NCBI GenBank assembly: GCA_023256495.1
Contig: JAGDXY010000005.1
Span: 14,485 to 72,112 of the forward strand
DNA: 57,628 nt
Reading direction: 5' to 3'
Source: Candidatus Micrarchaeota archaeon
GTDB lineage: Archaea > Micrarchaeota > Micrarchaeia > Micrarchaeales > CABMGC01
A program made the translations under genes and the position numbers. Positions 1 to 8,454 of this stretch are shown here, in pieces (position 1 is the first letter of the stretch; each line of letters begins with the position of its first letter). The notes under the pieces are model-generated. The model was not told where the DNA came from and made no database searches. It saw only the letters and a program-made list of their open reading frames with translations.

Positions 1-210
1 CAGGTAATTGCCCTGCTAAATCCATTGCAATCTCATAAACAGCATAAATTAAAACCATGGCAATGACTACTAATCAAAAATATGCAATAAGTACTGCTAT
101 ATGTGCATTTACTTCATCTGCCATGTAACAATTTTACAAATTAAATATTAAAATCTATACTATTGATTTGAAATCTAAAATCTGTATATATCGATAAATT
201 AAGTTTAAAA

Positions 211-283
211 TGGGGAGTCCGAGATTTGAACTCGGGTCGCCAGCGCCCAAAGCTGGAAGCCTACCAGGCTAGCCTAACTCCCC
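211..283 (-). tRNA. tRNA-Pro (anticodon UGG)
   Basis: The reverse complement folds as a cloverleaf. Acceptor is GGGGAGT/ACTCCCC; anticodon stem CCAGC/GCTGG carries loop TTTGGGC (UGG, G37); T-arm is CCGAG-TTCAAAT-CTCGG; discriminator is A. No CCA is encoded. The gene is a GC-rich island in AT-rich DNA. Confidence 0.9.
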
Positions 284-717
284 TTTTTCTTTCTACCTCT
301 CAGCCTAGGCACTTTTAGATAAGGAAAAATACGAGAGAGCAACTCTCTACTAACATCAAAATCAAAGCCTAAACCAATTACAAGAGAACGCAAAAAATAA
401 GCGTTTGCTATTGGCAATAGCTCTTCTTTTCCTTTGCATGCACTTAAAATAATGTCCTTTGCTTCTTTTTTTGACATTTCACTTATAAGCTCGCCTAGAG
501 TCTTAAAGTCTTTTCTCTTCCCTTTTATTATATTGCTAACATAATTATCTATTATACTAGTATCTATTCCTAATATCTCAAAAGCTTTTCTATCTATAGA
601 CTCTCTTATAGACGCTAGATGAAATGCTACTTCTTCTGGTTTTGTATCTTCACTTATCTCTAGTTTTTTTACTGCTATCCATCCTTTATATTGCGCTAAA
701 AAATCAATACTGTCCAT
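274..717 (-). CDS. hypothetical protein (147 aa)
   Basis: Long ORF packed 1 nt after the stop of 719..937. No family recognised by eye. Its last 10 nt, including the TAG stop, lie inside the 5' end of tRNA-Pro. Confidence 0.55.
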   Translation of the reverse strand: MDSIDFLAQYKGWIAVKKLEISEDTKPEEVAFHLASIRESIDRKAFEILGIDTSIIDNYVSNIIKGKRKDFKTLGELISEMSKKEAKDIILSACKGKEELLPIANAYFLRSLVIGLGFDFDVSRELLSRIFPYLKVPRLRGRKKKGS

Positions 718-718
718 T

Positions 719-937
719 TCATTGCTGAACTAAATAATAACCAGCGGCCTTTTCTCTAGCTATTCTCTTTATTACGCCTTTTTGCACTAAAGAGTTTAAT
801 GCATTGTTTACTAATCCTTTTGGTCTGTTTGATTTCTTTGCTATATCATCTGCAGTCTTCTTCTTCTCTTCGCTTGTAGCTCCTAATTCCTTCATTGCTT
901 CTACAACAGCCTGTTCAATTGGGGTTAATTCTACCAT
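719..937 (-). CDS. small winged-helix-like DNA-binding protein (72 aa)
   Basis: Shows an HTH/wing-like pattern (TADDIAKKSNRPKGLVNNALNSLVQKGVIKRI...GYYLV). Co-directional with L40e upstream. Confidence 0.5.
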   Translation of the reverse strand: MVELTPIEQAVVEAMKELGATSEEKKKTADDIAKKSNRPKGLVNNALNSLVQKGVIKRIAREKAAGYYLVQQ

Positions 938-959
938 ATGATCACCTAAACATTAAAGA

Positions 960-1112
960 TTATTTCCTGGCAGCTACCTCCTTCTTCTTAGGCCTTAAGA
1001 AAGGATAGCCACACTTTCTGCATTTTTCAGCGCCAGGCTTATTTCTAGCCTTGCATCTTCTACATATATAAACATTGAGTAATACAGAGTCAGCTATTGG
1101 AAATCTTCCCAT
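960..1112 (-). CDS. rpl40e: ribosomal protein L40e
   Basis: Absent from the ORF track because it is only 50 aa. My translation is [50 protein letters not shown]. It has a CxxC...CxxC zinc ribbon and the overall pattern typical of archaeal L40e. Confidence 0.85.
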   Translation of the reverse strand: MGRFPIADSVLLNVYICRRCKARNKPGAEKCRKCGYPFLRPKKKEVAARK

Positions 1113-1160
1113 AAAAACCACTTACTATTCTATTTTGATAAAGAAATTATAAAAAACTTT

Positions 1161-2627
1161 CTAAAATATATAGATTGCTATAAATCTAACGAGCTTCTTT
1201 ATGAATAAATAGAATGGGTTAGAATTTTTCTTTACATCTTTGACTAATGGCCTATATTTTTGCTTCTCTTCTGGAGTTAACTTACCTTCTTTTATGACCT
1301 CTGTCTTCTTGCCATCAACTATTTGAACTTCTCTTTTGCTTATTATCTCTTTTTTTATCATACCATACCACTCATCTAAAGTATTTCCATGTCTCTTTAT
1401 CTCTCTTATAAAATCACCTGTAGTTATTTTCTTCTTTTTTCCAGTCCTATCCTCATATACTGCAGCATGCAATGCAGCTTTATCGCATATTTCATATATA
1501 TCTGCTTGTGAGAAGCCCATTGTAGCTCTTGCCAATCTGCCAAAATGAACAAATCTAGATATAGGCATATTCCTTGTATTATATATAAAAGCAGCCTTTC
1601 TCTCTTTATAATTTGGTGGTGGTATATAAATGGCCTCGCCAAACCTCTTACTCCTCTTCAATGCAGGATCTATATCCCAAGGCTGGTTTGTCGCACCAAT
1701 AACAAATATTCCTTCTGGATTTTGTTCTACGCCATCCATCTCTTGTAGGAATTGGTTAACAGCCATCCTCATATAGCTTTGTTGTTCACCCATACCTTCT
1801 CTTTTTCCGCCTAATGCATCTATCTCATCAAAAAACAATATGCACGGTGCATTCTTTCTTGCTTGCTCAAAGATAGCATGCATATTCTTTTCAGTATTGC
1901 CCGCATACATATCAACAATTTCATTTATATTTGCTATTATTACGTTTGCGTTGGTCTCGCCTGCTATTGCTTTAACCAAATAAGTTTTACCGTTTCCTGG
2001 TGGTCCATAGAACAATACTCCTGTACCTAATTTTTTACCATATGAACGGAGCAATGCAGGCTTTTTTATAGCTAATATTATATTCTCATATATCTCTTCC
2101 TTTACCTTTTCCAAACCTACAACATCTTTTAATGTAATATTTGATTTATACCATCTTACTTTTTTGATTTGGCCCTCTTCTATAACTGTTTTATTCTCCT
2201 CTATATTACTACTCTCTTGAATAGTAAAATTATTCTTATTTAATAGTTCAAGGCTGGTCTTTGCAGGAGCATAATTTGGATTTATAGACAGGGCTTTTTC
2301 GAACCACTCTTTTGCACCTTCATAATCATGCTGCAATTCTGCTATACGGCCCATTAAATAATATGCATCAAATGCATTGGGCTCAAATTTAAGCACTATA
2401 TCTATATCCCTTAGCGCCTTCTCATATTCACCAAGTTCTGTATAAGTTAAGGCTCTATTAAAATAAGCGCTTGAATACTCTGGGTCTATTTCTATAGCTT
2501 TAGTATATAACTCAACAGCATCATTGAATTTTTCTTGATCAAATAACTTGCCTGCTTCATCATATAATGCCTTAGCTTGTGGATTTGGCATATGCTGTTG
2601 CTTTTGCTCGTCTACCATATAAAACAT
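1161..2627 (-). CDS. TPR-repeat AAA+ ATPase (classic AAA family)
   Basis: N-terminal TPR repeats (AYFNRALTYTELGEYEKAL, AYYLMGRIAELQHDYEGA). The AAA module has Walker A GPPGNGKT and Walker B ILFFDEIDAL. Confidence 0.85.
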   Translation of the reverse strand: MFYMVDEQKQQHMPNPQAKALYDEAGKLFDQEKFNDAVELYTKAIEIDPEYSSAYFNRALTYTELGEYEKALRDIDIVLKFEPNAFDAYYLMGRIAELQHDYEGAKEWFEKALSINPNYAPAKTSLELLNKNNFTIQESSNIEENKTVIEEGQIKKVRWYKSNITLKDVVGLEKVKEEIYENIILAIKKPALLRSYGKKLGTGVLFYGPPGNGKTYLVKAIAGETNANVIIANINEIVDMYAGNTEKNMHAIFEQARKNAPCILFFDEIDALGGKREGMGEQQSYMRMAVNQFLQEMDGVEQNPEGIFVIGATNQPWDIDPALKRSKRFGEAIYIPPPNYKERKAAFIYNTRNMPISRFVHFGRLARATMGFSQADIYEICDKAALHAAVYEDRTGKKKKITTGDFIREIKRHGNTLDEWYGMIKKEIISKREVQIVDGKKTEVIKEGKLTPEEKQKYRPLVKDVKKNSNPFYLFIKKLVRFIAIYIF

Positions 2628-2730
2628 ATTTCGTTTTTTATATTTTTAAATATTTTGTATTTTGAAATTTGTTAAAAAAGCATATGTTAGTAAAAAGATT
2701 TAAAAAAAAGATATTTTAATAATTAAAACC

Positions 2731-2913
2731 ATGCAAAAAAAGAATAAAAAAGAAAAGGGTATAGAAAAAGAAAGTAGTATAAAAGATATAAGAAGAGAAG
2801 ACAAAAAAGACAATGTAAGTAAAATGGAAGATATAAGTGAATATGAACTTGAATTTGGTTTTCCTGAAAAAGAACCAAATGATAGAAGGAGAAGATGCAT
2901 TGATATCCCTTAA
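2731..2913 (+). CDS. possible small K/E-rich protein (60 aa)
   Basis: The only ORF in the 380-nt gap between two minus-strand genes. Its composition is low-complexity charged, so it may be spurious. Confidence 0.2.
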   Translation: MQKKNKKEKGIEKESSIKDIRREDKKDNVSKMEDISEYELEFGFPEKEPNDRRRRCIDIP

Positions 2914-3006
2914 CTTCTAATTTAAATAATCTATTAAACTAAAACAAATATAGCTATTTATACTATCTCAAAATAAACTTATGACTTTATGTGAAGCATT
3001 TTTTAA

Positions 3007-4317
3007 CTAAGGCAGCATTCTCTCAGGTGTTCTTGGAAATGGAGTAACTTCAAGTATGTTTGGTATATTTAACAATTGCATAGTAAATCTCTCTATCCCT
3101 ATACTAAAACCACCATGAGGAGGGGCACCGTATCTAAAGAACTTAGTAAACCATTCTAGATTCTTTTCATTTAAGTTCTTCTCTTTTATTTGATCTAATA
3201 AAACATTATATCTATGCTCTCTTTGTCCACCAGAGCTTAACTCTACACCTTTATATTCTAAATCATAACTTCTAGCAAATATGTTATCATCTTTCATTAC
3301 ATAGAATGGCTTGACTTTAAAAGGAAATCTATTTATAAAGAAGAAATCACTATCGTAATGCTCTTTTACATAATTAAAGATTAACAATTCGTCTTCTCTG
3401 CTTATGTCCTCTTCAAAAGGTATCTTTCTACCCATAGAAGACAATATATCATATATATCTGGAAAATTTACTACTGGAAATCTCGTATTATCTGGTATAG
3501 ATAACTCTTTGTTTAATATCTTTAATTCCTTTGTCCCATATTCAACAACATATTTTATAGCATGTCTTACTAAACGCTCTTCTAAGTCCATAAGATCATT
3601 ATTTCCTTCAATGTAAGCCATCTCTACTGCACAATTTCTATGCTCACATAAATGTCTGGTTGTATGACTAAGCTCCGCCCTCCAGCTTGGCCCTATATCA
3701 TAAACCCTATCAAAACCAGCTATTATTAACAATTGCCTATGCAGTTGTGGATCTTGCCTTAAATAAGCCTTTTTATCAAAGTATTTTACCTCAAATACCT
3801 CAGATCCACCCTCAGCAGGTGCCCCAATTATACAAGGAGTAAATATCAATGAAAAGCCTTCTTTATTTAGATAATCTTGTAAGCCTCTTACTAATAATGA
3901 TTCTATTTTTAGAATAGCTGCTCTTTTCTCATCCCTTAATGCAATACTACGCCAATCTAAAATAACATCAAGACCAGATTCGAATTCTCCACTCATATCA
4001 ATAGGTAATGGCTTCTCTGCTTTCGTTATTAGCTCTATATAATTTGGTATAATTTCTAAGTAGTTTTTAGAGATAATCTTAGAAGGTATAGTTCCTTTTA
4101 CATAAATAAAATCATGTATAGCTAGGCTATTTGCTTTATCCAAAATATTTTTATCTAAATTATTCGGTATAGTAATTTGTATTTTTCCAGTGCCATCATT
4201 TAGCCATATAAACTTTATCTTACCTATATCCTTTATTCTTTCTATCCAACCCCCTACAAAGTATTCTTTGCCCTCTTCTTGTTTAATATCGCTTATTCTT
4301 GTTCTTTTCATAATCAA
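3007..4317 (-). CDS. aspS: aspartyl-tRNA synthetase, archaeal type (class IIb; AsnRS not strictly excluded)
   Basis: N-terminal OB-fold region, SWRAE motif-2 region, SSGGQREH, motif 3 GAPPHGGFSIGIERF and a C-terminal FPRTPERMLP. At 436 aa it has the size typical of archaeal AspRS. Confidence 0.85.
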   Translation of the reverse strand: MIMKRTRISDIKQEEGKEYFVGGWIERIKDIGKIKFIWLNDGTGKIQITIPNNLDKNILDKANSLAIHDFIYVKGTIPSKIISKNYLEIIPNYIELITKAEKPLPIDMSGEFESGLDVILDWRSIALRDEKRAAILKIESLLVRGLQDYLNKEGFSLIFTPCIIGAPAEGGSEVFEVKYFDKKAYLRQDPQLHRQLLIIAGFDRVYDIGPSWRAELSHTTRHLCEHRNCAVEMAYIEGNNDLMDLEERLVRHAIKYVVEYGTKELKILNKELSIPDNTRFPVVNFPDIYDILSSMGRKIPFEEDISREDELLIFNYVKEHYDSDFFFINRFPFKVKPFYVMKDDNIFARSYDLEYKGVELSSGGQREHRYNVLLDQIKEKNLNEKNLEWFTKFFRYGAPPHGGFSIGIERFTMQLLNIPNILEVTPFPRTPERMLP

Positions 4318-4365
4318 ATCATTAAACTTTTAAAGTTTAAAAGCTTAATTAAAATAGGGGTATTT

Positions 4366-4764
4366 ATGAAGAAAAATGAACTTTCTCCTTTCGATATAGA
4401 TCCTATAATAAAAAAATTATTTGAAATTCCTATGGGCTTTATCTCAAAAATGCCAGCGATAGATATAATAGATAAAGATAAACAGCTACTAATAAGAGCA
4501 GATTTACCAGGCGTAGATAAAAAAGATATAAAGCTAAAGATTGATAAAAATTCATTGATAATAGCAGCAGCAAGCTCAAAAAAGCAAGAAAATAAAAAGG
4601 AATATTACTACTATAGCGAAAGAAGAAGTACAAGTTATTACAGAAGAATTGCATTGCCAGTACCTGTAGTTCCAGAGACTGCAAAAGCCAAATTTGAGAA
4701 TGGAACCCTAGAAATAATAGTAGATAAGGCGAAAGAAGAGGGCAAAGATATAGAAATTTCTTAA
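4366..4764 (+). CDS. hsp20: small heat-shock protein, Hsp20/alpha-crystallin family
   Basis: Alpha-crystallin domain (IDIIDKDKQLLIRADLPGVDKKDIKLKI...AKFENGTLEIIV). I moved the start to ATG 4366 because the track start at 4279 overlaps the aspS start codon region. Confidence 0.85.
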   Translation: MKKNELSPFDIDPIIKKLFEIPMGFISKMPAIDIIDKDKQLLIRADLPGVDKKDIKLKIDKNSLIIAAASSKKQENKKEYYYYSERRSTSYYRRIALPVPVVPETAKAKFENGTLEIIVDKAKEEGKDIEIS

Positions 4765-5081
4765 TGAATTTCAAATTTGATTTTTTTATTAAATAGTAAA
4801 TATAAAGACATGAGAACAATTCTGCAAATAAATTCGTGATTCTTTTTGGCTTAATACCTATTAATTTAAAGGTTAATAGCTACCCTAATTTCCAGTGTTG
4901 CCATTTTATGAATACAATGCTCCATTTGCATACATCGCATTCATCATTGAAATAGTGGGTTTTTCGCTCATTTTTATAAGTAGCCTAAACTCACATTAGC
5001 TTGAAATAGAAGCAGATTCAGAAGAAAAGATAAAATAGGTAATAGAAAAAAGGTCTTTTTAAATATTTAATACTCATTAAA

Positions 5082-5153
5082 GGCCTTGGCCGGGAATCGA
5101 ACCCGGGTTTGGAGGTCCACAGCCTCCCGTGCTGCCACTGCACCACCAAGGCC
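5082..5153 (-). tRNA. tRNA-His (anticodon GUG) with genome-encoded G-1
   Basis: The reverse complement parses as G(-1)-GCCTTGG-TG-GTGC-AGTGGCA-GCAC-G-GGAGG-CTGTGGA-CCTCC-AAAC-CCGGG-TTCGATT-CCCGG-CCAAGGC-C. G-1 pairs with C73, the His identity feature. Confidence 0.9.
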
Positions 5154-5199
5154 ACAAAGCTATAATAATTTTTAATCTTATAGATATAAATATTTAGAT

Positions 5200-5311
5200 G
5201 GCGGGGTAGCTCAGCTGGTAGAGCGCCAGACTCATAAACATTGTTTATGAGTGATGAGCTCATAGCTGTGAAGAAATCTGGAGGTCGCGTGTTCGAATCC
5301 CGCCCCCGCCA
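5200..5311 (+). tRNA. tRNA-Met or tRNA-Ile2 (anticodon CAU, elongator type) with 39-nt intron
   Basis: Acceptor GGCGGGG/CCCCGCC; D-arm GCTC-AGCTGGTA-GAGC; anticodon stem CCAGA/TCTGG interrupted after A37. The G1-C72 pair and weak anticodon-stem GC content argue against an initiator. T-arm is GCGTG-TTCGAAT-CCCGC. Confidence 0.85.
5237..5275 (+). other. tRNA intron at canonical 37/38 position
   Basis: Removing 39 nt (AACATTGTTTATGAGTGATGAGCTCATAGCTGTGAAGAA) restores a 7-nt anticodon loop CTCATAA. The intron contains TTTATGAGT, complementary to the anticodon-loop region ACTCATAAA. The run of A's makes the boundaries ambiguous by 1-2 nt. Confidence 0.7.
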
Positions 5312-5313
5312 CA

Positions 5314-5457
5314 TTAAGTAATGTAAAGCTTATTCTTCATCTCTATTAAGTAATTCGTAAATGCTATATTAAATTCATTTTCAGCGCTTATGAATTGTAT
5401 CATTATTGCTATGAGAATTATCGTAACAAGTATTACTATTATAAAATAACTGATCAT
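5314..5457 (-). CDS. possible small single-TM protein (47 aa), last gene of pilus-like operon
   Basis: Not in the track. Its ATG directly follows the TAG stop of 5458..5739. Translation is MISYFIIVILVTIILIAIMIQFISAENEF..., a hydrophobic N-terminal helix. Confidence 0.3.
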   Translation of the reverse strand: MISYFIIVILVTIILIAIMIQFISAENEFNIAFTNYLIEMKNKLYIT

Positions 5458-5739
5458 CTAACCACCTATACAATAAAGACTTGAGTTAATAATAAAGCAG
5501 GTTCTATTGCTTAAATTTAAACTAGACTTAATAGTTAAATTTGATAGACAAGAAATATTATATATGCATTTATTACCAAAATTCTCTATATCATAAACGC
5601 TTATATAAGATTGAAAATATTCATATAACATGTATAGATGCTTAAAATTTATACTCAATAAATTTATATAAAAATACAAAATAGAAAAAGAAAGTATTAT
5701 TGAAACAACAACCTCTATTGAATAAATTTGTATCCTCAA
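5458..5739 (-). CDS. pilin-like protein (93 aa)
   Basis: N-terminus MRIQIYSIEVVVSIILSFSILYF has a short basic leader, a Q-x-x-S-I-E motif and a hydrophobic helix. It overlaps the upstream gene by 4 nt. Confidence 0.5.
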   Translation of the reverse strand: MRIQIYSIEVVVSIILSFSILYFYINLLSINFKHLYMLYEYFQSYISVYDIENFGNKCIYNISCLSNLTIKSSLNLSNRTCFIINSSLYCIGG

Positions 5740-6950
5740 TGTTCCACCAGAAGATTAGACCCATCATATGTTAATGAGGTATTAGTAAGGAATTGCGATC
5801 TAATGATAATAGTATAGTTAAAACCTTTTGTTTTGCATATGAATACATTATCGTATCTACTACAATTAATCGGAGCAAATTTTTCTATTTTACTAAGTAG
5901 CTTATTATATGAGTAGATTTCTTCATTAATTTGGCTTTGCTGATTTGAATTTATATCACTACCATTATAGAAAGAAAGAAGGGAATATAAATTATATTTA
6001 GTGGTATTAAATAGGTTAAATAAAGAATAATTTAACATGCCAACATTGCTAGAATTGCCTATTAATTCTATATCTTCATTTACTTTAGACGTTGCATTTC
6101 CAAAAACATTATTATCTGACAAAAGTATATTATAGGGCCTATAGCTAGATAGAAGTGAATAATATACATTTTGATTACTTATTATAGATACATTAATATT
6201 ATACAGGTAGTTAGGTTTGCTTATATAATAAGAAGTATTTTTGGGTATAATACATGTTGTAGTGGTTGGTCCATAGCCAAATGTATAGCAATAATCAGAG
6301 AACATCATATAGTACCAACCATCTGAAGTACCACATTGCACATTCATAGGCAAAGGCTTATATGAAAATGAGAGATAAGTACAATGAGAAAAAATATCTA
6401 AGTATGTAAAATTTGACTTATTGTTTACAAGCATTGAAGTATTATATTGCTTTATAGAAAATGATAGATTATTAGAAAATGAATTAATTGAATATGTATA
6501 TATAAAACCAAGCAGCGATGATTTATATGATACGTTATTGCATGATAAATTGTATTGAACTGAAAAATTGTTTAAACCAATAGCGCTAGGAACAATATAT
6601 TGTGATATGTCTTTTGATATTGATATAGGTGTAGAAATATTTGTATATTCAAATTTTATAGAATTTGAGTTAAAATAAATTTTTAGAAAACCATTGGAAC
6701 AACCATAAACCAATATATAGAGTTTTGTTGGCATGTCAAAAAGGGAATAATTAGAATAAATCAAATCTATGTTTGGATTGTTTTTTATGCTTACATTATA
6801 TGTTTTGATGTCAAAATTTACTTTATTTAATCCTTTTAGGCTAGAATTAACAATAGTTATTGTTAGTGCAGATAATAATAATATTGAACTTAATATTAAT
6901 AAAAACTCAAGAGATGTTTGAATAAAAATATGTCTCATATATTTTACCAC
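5736..6950 (-). CDS. large pilin-like/secreted sequon-rich protein (404 aa)
   Basis: N-terminus RHIFIQTSLEFLLILSSILLLSAL is a class III signal-like motif. The remainder has many N-x-S/T sequons. The start may instead be the internal Met at 6938. Confidence 0.65.
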   Translation of the reverse strand: MVKYMRHIFIQTSLEFLLILSSILLLSALTITIVNSSLKGLNKVNFDIKTYNVSIKNNPNIDLIYSNYSLFDMPTKLYILVYGCSNGFLKIYFNSNSIKFEYTNISTPISISKDISQYIVPSAIGLNNFSVQYNLSCNNVSYKSSLLGFIYTYSINSFSNNLSFSIKQYNTSMLVNNKSNFTYLDIFSHCTYLSFSYKPLPMNVQCGTSDGWYYMMFSDYCYTFGYGPTTTTCIIPKNTSYYISKPNYLYNINVSIISNQNVYYSLLSSYRPYNILLSDNNVFGNATSKVNEDIELIGNSSNVGMLNYSLFNLFNTTKYNLYSLLSFYNGSDINSNQQSQINEEIYSYNKLLSKIEKFAPINCSRYDNVFICKTKGFNYTIIIRSQFLTNTSLTYDGSNLLVEH

Positions 6951-7218
6951 CTAAATAGATAACTCTCTTTAAACACGAACTACATTTATTTAATGACAAA
7001 TAGACATGAGTGATCTTCTCCGTATTTAGCAAATAAGTTGAGTTGAATCCATAATAATATATCTCATTTAGCTCTATGTTTGATATCTTAAAAATATAAA
7101 ACGTTTTGATAACAAGTAAAGATAAATTGTAGAAATTAGTAAAATATTTATAAATTGTTAAGACTAAAAAAGTAAAATAGAATAATAAGACAAATGTAGC
7201 AAATAGATTATCAATCAT
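6907..7218 (-). CDS. small membrane/pilin-like protein (103 aa)
   Basis: Hydrophobic N-terminus MIDNLFATFVLLFYFTFLVLTIY. Sits within the operon and overlaps both neighbours. Confidence 0.45.
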   Translation of the reverse strand: MIDNLFATFVLLFYFTFLVLTIYKYFTNFYNLSLLVIKTFYIFKISNIELNEIYYYGFNSTYLLNTEKITHVYLSLNKCSSCLKRVIYLGGKIYETYFYSNIS

Positions 7219-7342
7219 AGAAATACCCGCTTAAATTTCTTATTATATGTGCTATGTAAAGCATATGCGCCAGATGAGAAAGTACTACTAGCACTATAGA
7301 GAAAATTATCAAAATTATTAAGTAATCTATAATGACTTTCAT
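7211..7342 (-). CDS. possible small single-TM protein (43 aa)
   Basis: Not in the track. Its ATG overlaps the TGA of 7339..7668 (ATGA). Translation is MKVIIDYLIILIIFSIVLVVLSHL.... Its stop overlaps the start of 6907..7218. Confidence 0.3.
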   Translation of the reverse strand: MKVIIDYLIILIIFSIVLVVLSHLAHMLYIAHIIRNLSGYFYD

Positions 7343-7668
7343 GATATCAACCATTTACCATTCATATAATATACGTGGTTATTTCCGCACTTGAAGAAAC
7401 CATTGACTGGTATAAAAAACGAAAAATTATATGGACCAATGCCATTCTTTATTGAAAAATTACAATAATCATTAAATGAGATATTAAAATTATTATAGCC
7501 ATTTAATACTTCTATTGCAAGTTGTTGGTTTAAGTCTTCTAACTCTATTAATTTAATTCTATAGTTATTTTTTAGAATAAAACTGTTAATCATAAGCATA
7601 GAAAATAGTATAGAAAATAACTCAAAAGAGTAAAGTAAAATAAACTCAATAGATAGTTGGAGTTTCAT
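7339..7668 (-). CDS. pilin-like protein (109 aa)
   Basis: N-terminus MKLQLSIEFILLYSFELFSILFSML has a class III signal peptide-like Q-L-S-I-E-F followed by a hydrophobic helix. Confidence 0.55.
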   Translation of the reverse strand: MKLQLSIEFILLYSFELFSILFSMLMINSFILKNNYRIKLIELEDLNQQLAIEVLNGYNNFNISFNDYCNFSIKNGIGPYNFSFFIPVNGFFKCGNNHVYYMNGKWLIS

Positions 7669-7673
7669 ATTAT

Positions 7674-7910
7674 CTATGTTGAATTAGATAGCTGATTTAA
7701 TTGATTATCGATTTGGTTTATTATTGAAGAGTTTCCTGAAGCAAAATGCGGCAAAACTACATCTTTAACTTTTACTATCATTGTTAAAGCTATCAATATT
7801 ACTATGCTTGCTGCTGCTAACATCATTATGTATTCTAATGAACCTTGCGCCTTCTTATATTTGGCTTCTAGAAAAAGTAATCTTATTGTTTCTAGGTACA
7901 TTTTATACAC
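7674..7910 (-). CDS. type IV pilin-like protein with class III signal peptide (78 aa)
   Basis: KKAQGSLEYIMMLAAASIVILIAL matches the archaeal prepilin cleavage pattern (K/R)-x-Q-G|S-L-E-Y followed by a hydrophobic helix. Confidence 0.65.
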   Translation of the reverse strand: MYKMYLETIRLLFLEAKYKKAQGSLEYIMMLAAASIVILIALTMIVKVKDVVLPHFASGNSSIINQIDNQLNQLSNST

Positions 7911-8454
7911 CCAGATACAAGTTGATTATCTTAGTGAATATGAATAAATTAAATGAAAATATAGTGCCTATTACTATTGCTAAAAGCAATGCTCTTAATG
8001 CATTAAATGAATTAAAATAACTTGTAAAAAATGAAATAGAAAATGAATAGAATATAAAAATATTGAAATATGGCAATAAAGAAATCTTATCTATCACAAA
8101 AATAAGATGCGATGCAACACTCAAAAGTAATGGAATAAAGATTATTAGACCAAAGTAAATTAAGTAATATGCAATCCCAAAACGATCTCTTATCTTTTTA
8201 TAAAGTTGCTTTTTTGTATTCATATCTTTTAAAAATCTTTTGTAAGTTAATAGGCTTAAAGAATCTTGAAATATCCTCATCAATAATATATCTTTGAAAG
8301 AATTAATACTACTATAAAAATAACCTAGTCTATATTGGTTTTTTATCCTTAAATTGAAATCTTTTATACTATAATAGTAATTATCTAATATAGGATTATT
8401 GTTCTTTATGTTAAAAATATTAGATAGATTAATCTTACGCAAGTAGATCACCAT
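7903..8454 (-). CDS. TadC/FlaJ-like polytopic membrane protein, C-terminal half (183 aa)
   Basis: Soluble N-terminal segment followed by hydrophobic helices. Lies directly downstream of the secretion ATPase and of a similarly built 167-aa ORF. The family call comes from position and architecture, not from recognised motifs. Confidence 0.5.
   Translation of the reverse strand: MVIYLRKINLSNIFNIKNNNPILDNYYYSIKDFNLRIKNQYRLGYFYSSINSFKDILLMRIFQDSLSLLTYKRFLKDMNTKKQLYKKIRDRFGIAYYLIYFGLIIFIPLLLSVASHLIFVIDKISLLPYFNIFIFYSFSISFFTSYFNSFNALRALLLAIVIGTIFSFNLFIFTKIINLYLGV

Noticed and set aside
1-124. Partial ORFs at the left window edge (a minus-strand ORF starting at ATG 58, and a 16-codon ORF from 124)
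   Set aside because: They are too short (under 20 codons visible) to support any call.
1336-1748. Three 67-72-aa ORFs (both strands) inside the AAA+ ATPase gene
   Set aside because: They are shadow or alternative-frame ORFs within a well-supported 488-aa gene, and their composition is low-complexity hydrophobic.
4765-5081. Structured ncRNA (C/D sRNA, 7S/SRP RNA) in the 317-nt gap after hsp20
   Set aside because: The region is AT-rich without GC-rich helices. An ATGATGA box on the minus strand (around 4950) lacks matching D/D' boxes at the proper spacing.
5237-5275. C/D-box sRNA within the tRNA intron (the GTGATGA motif)
   Set aside because: The intron is only 39 nt, no proper CUGA D box is present (CTGT instead), and no guide is complementary to the tRNA exons.
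5018-5314. 98-aa minus-strand ORF in the track
   Set aside because: It is a read-through translation of the tRNA-His gene and the antisense of the intron-containing tRNA(CAU). The GC-rich tRNA sequence simply lacks stops.
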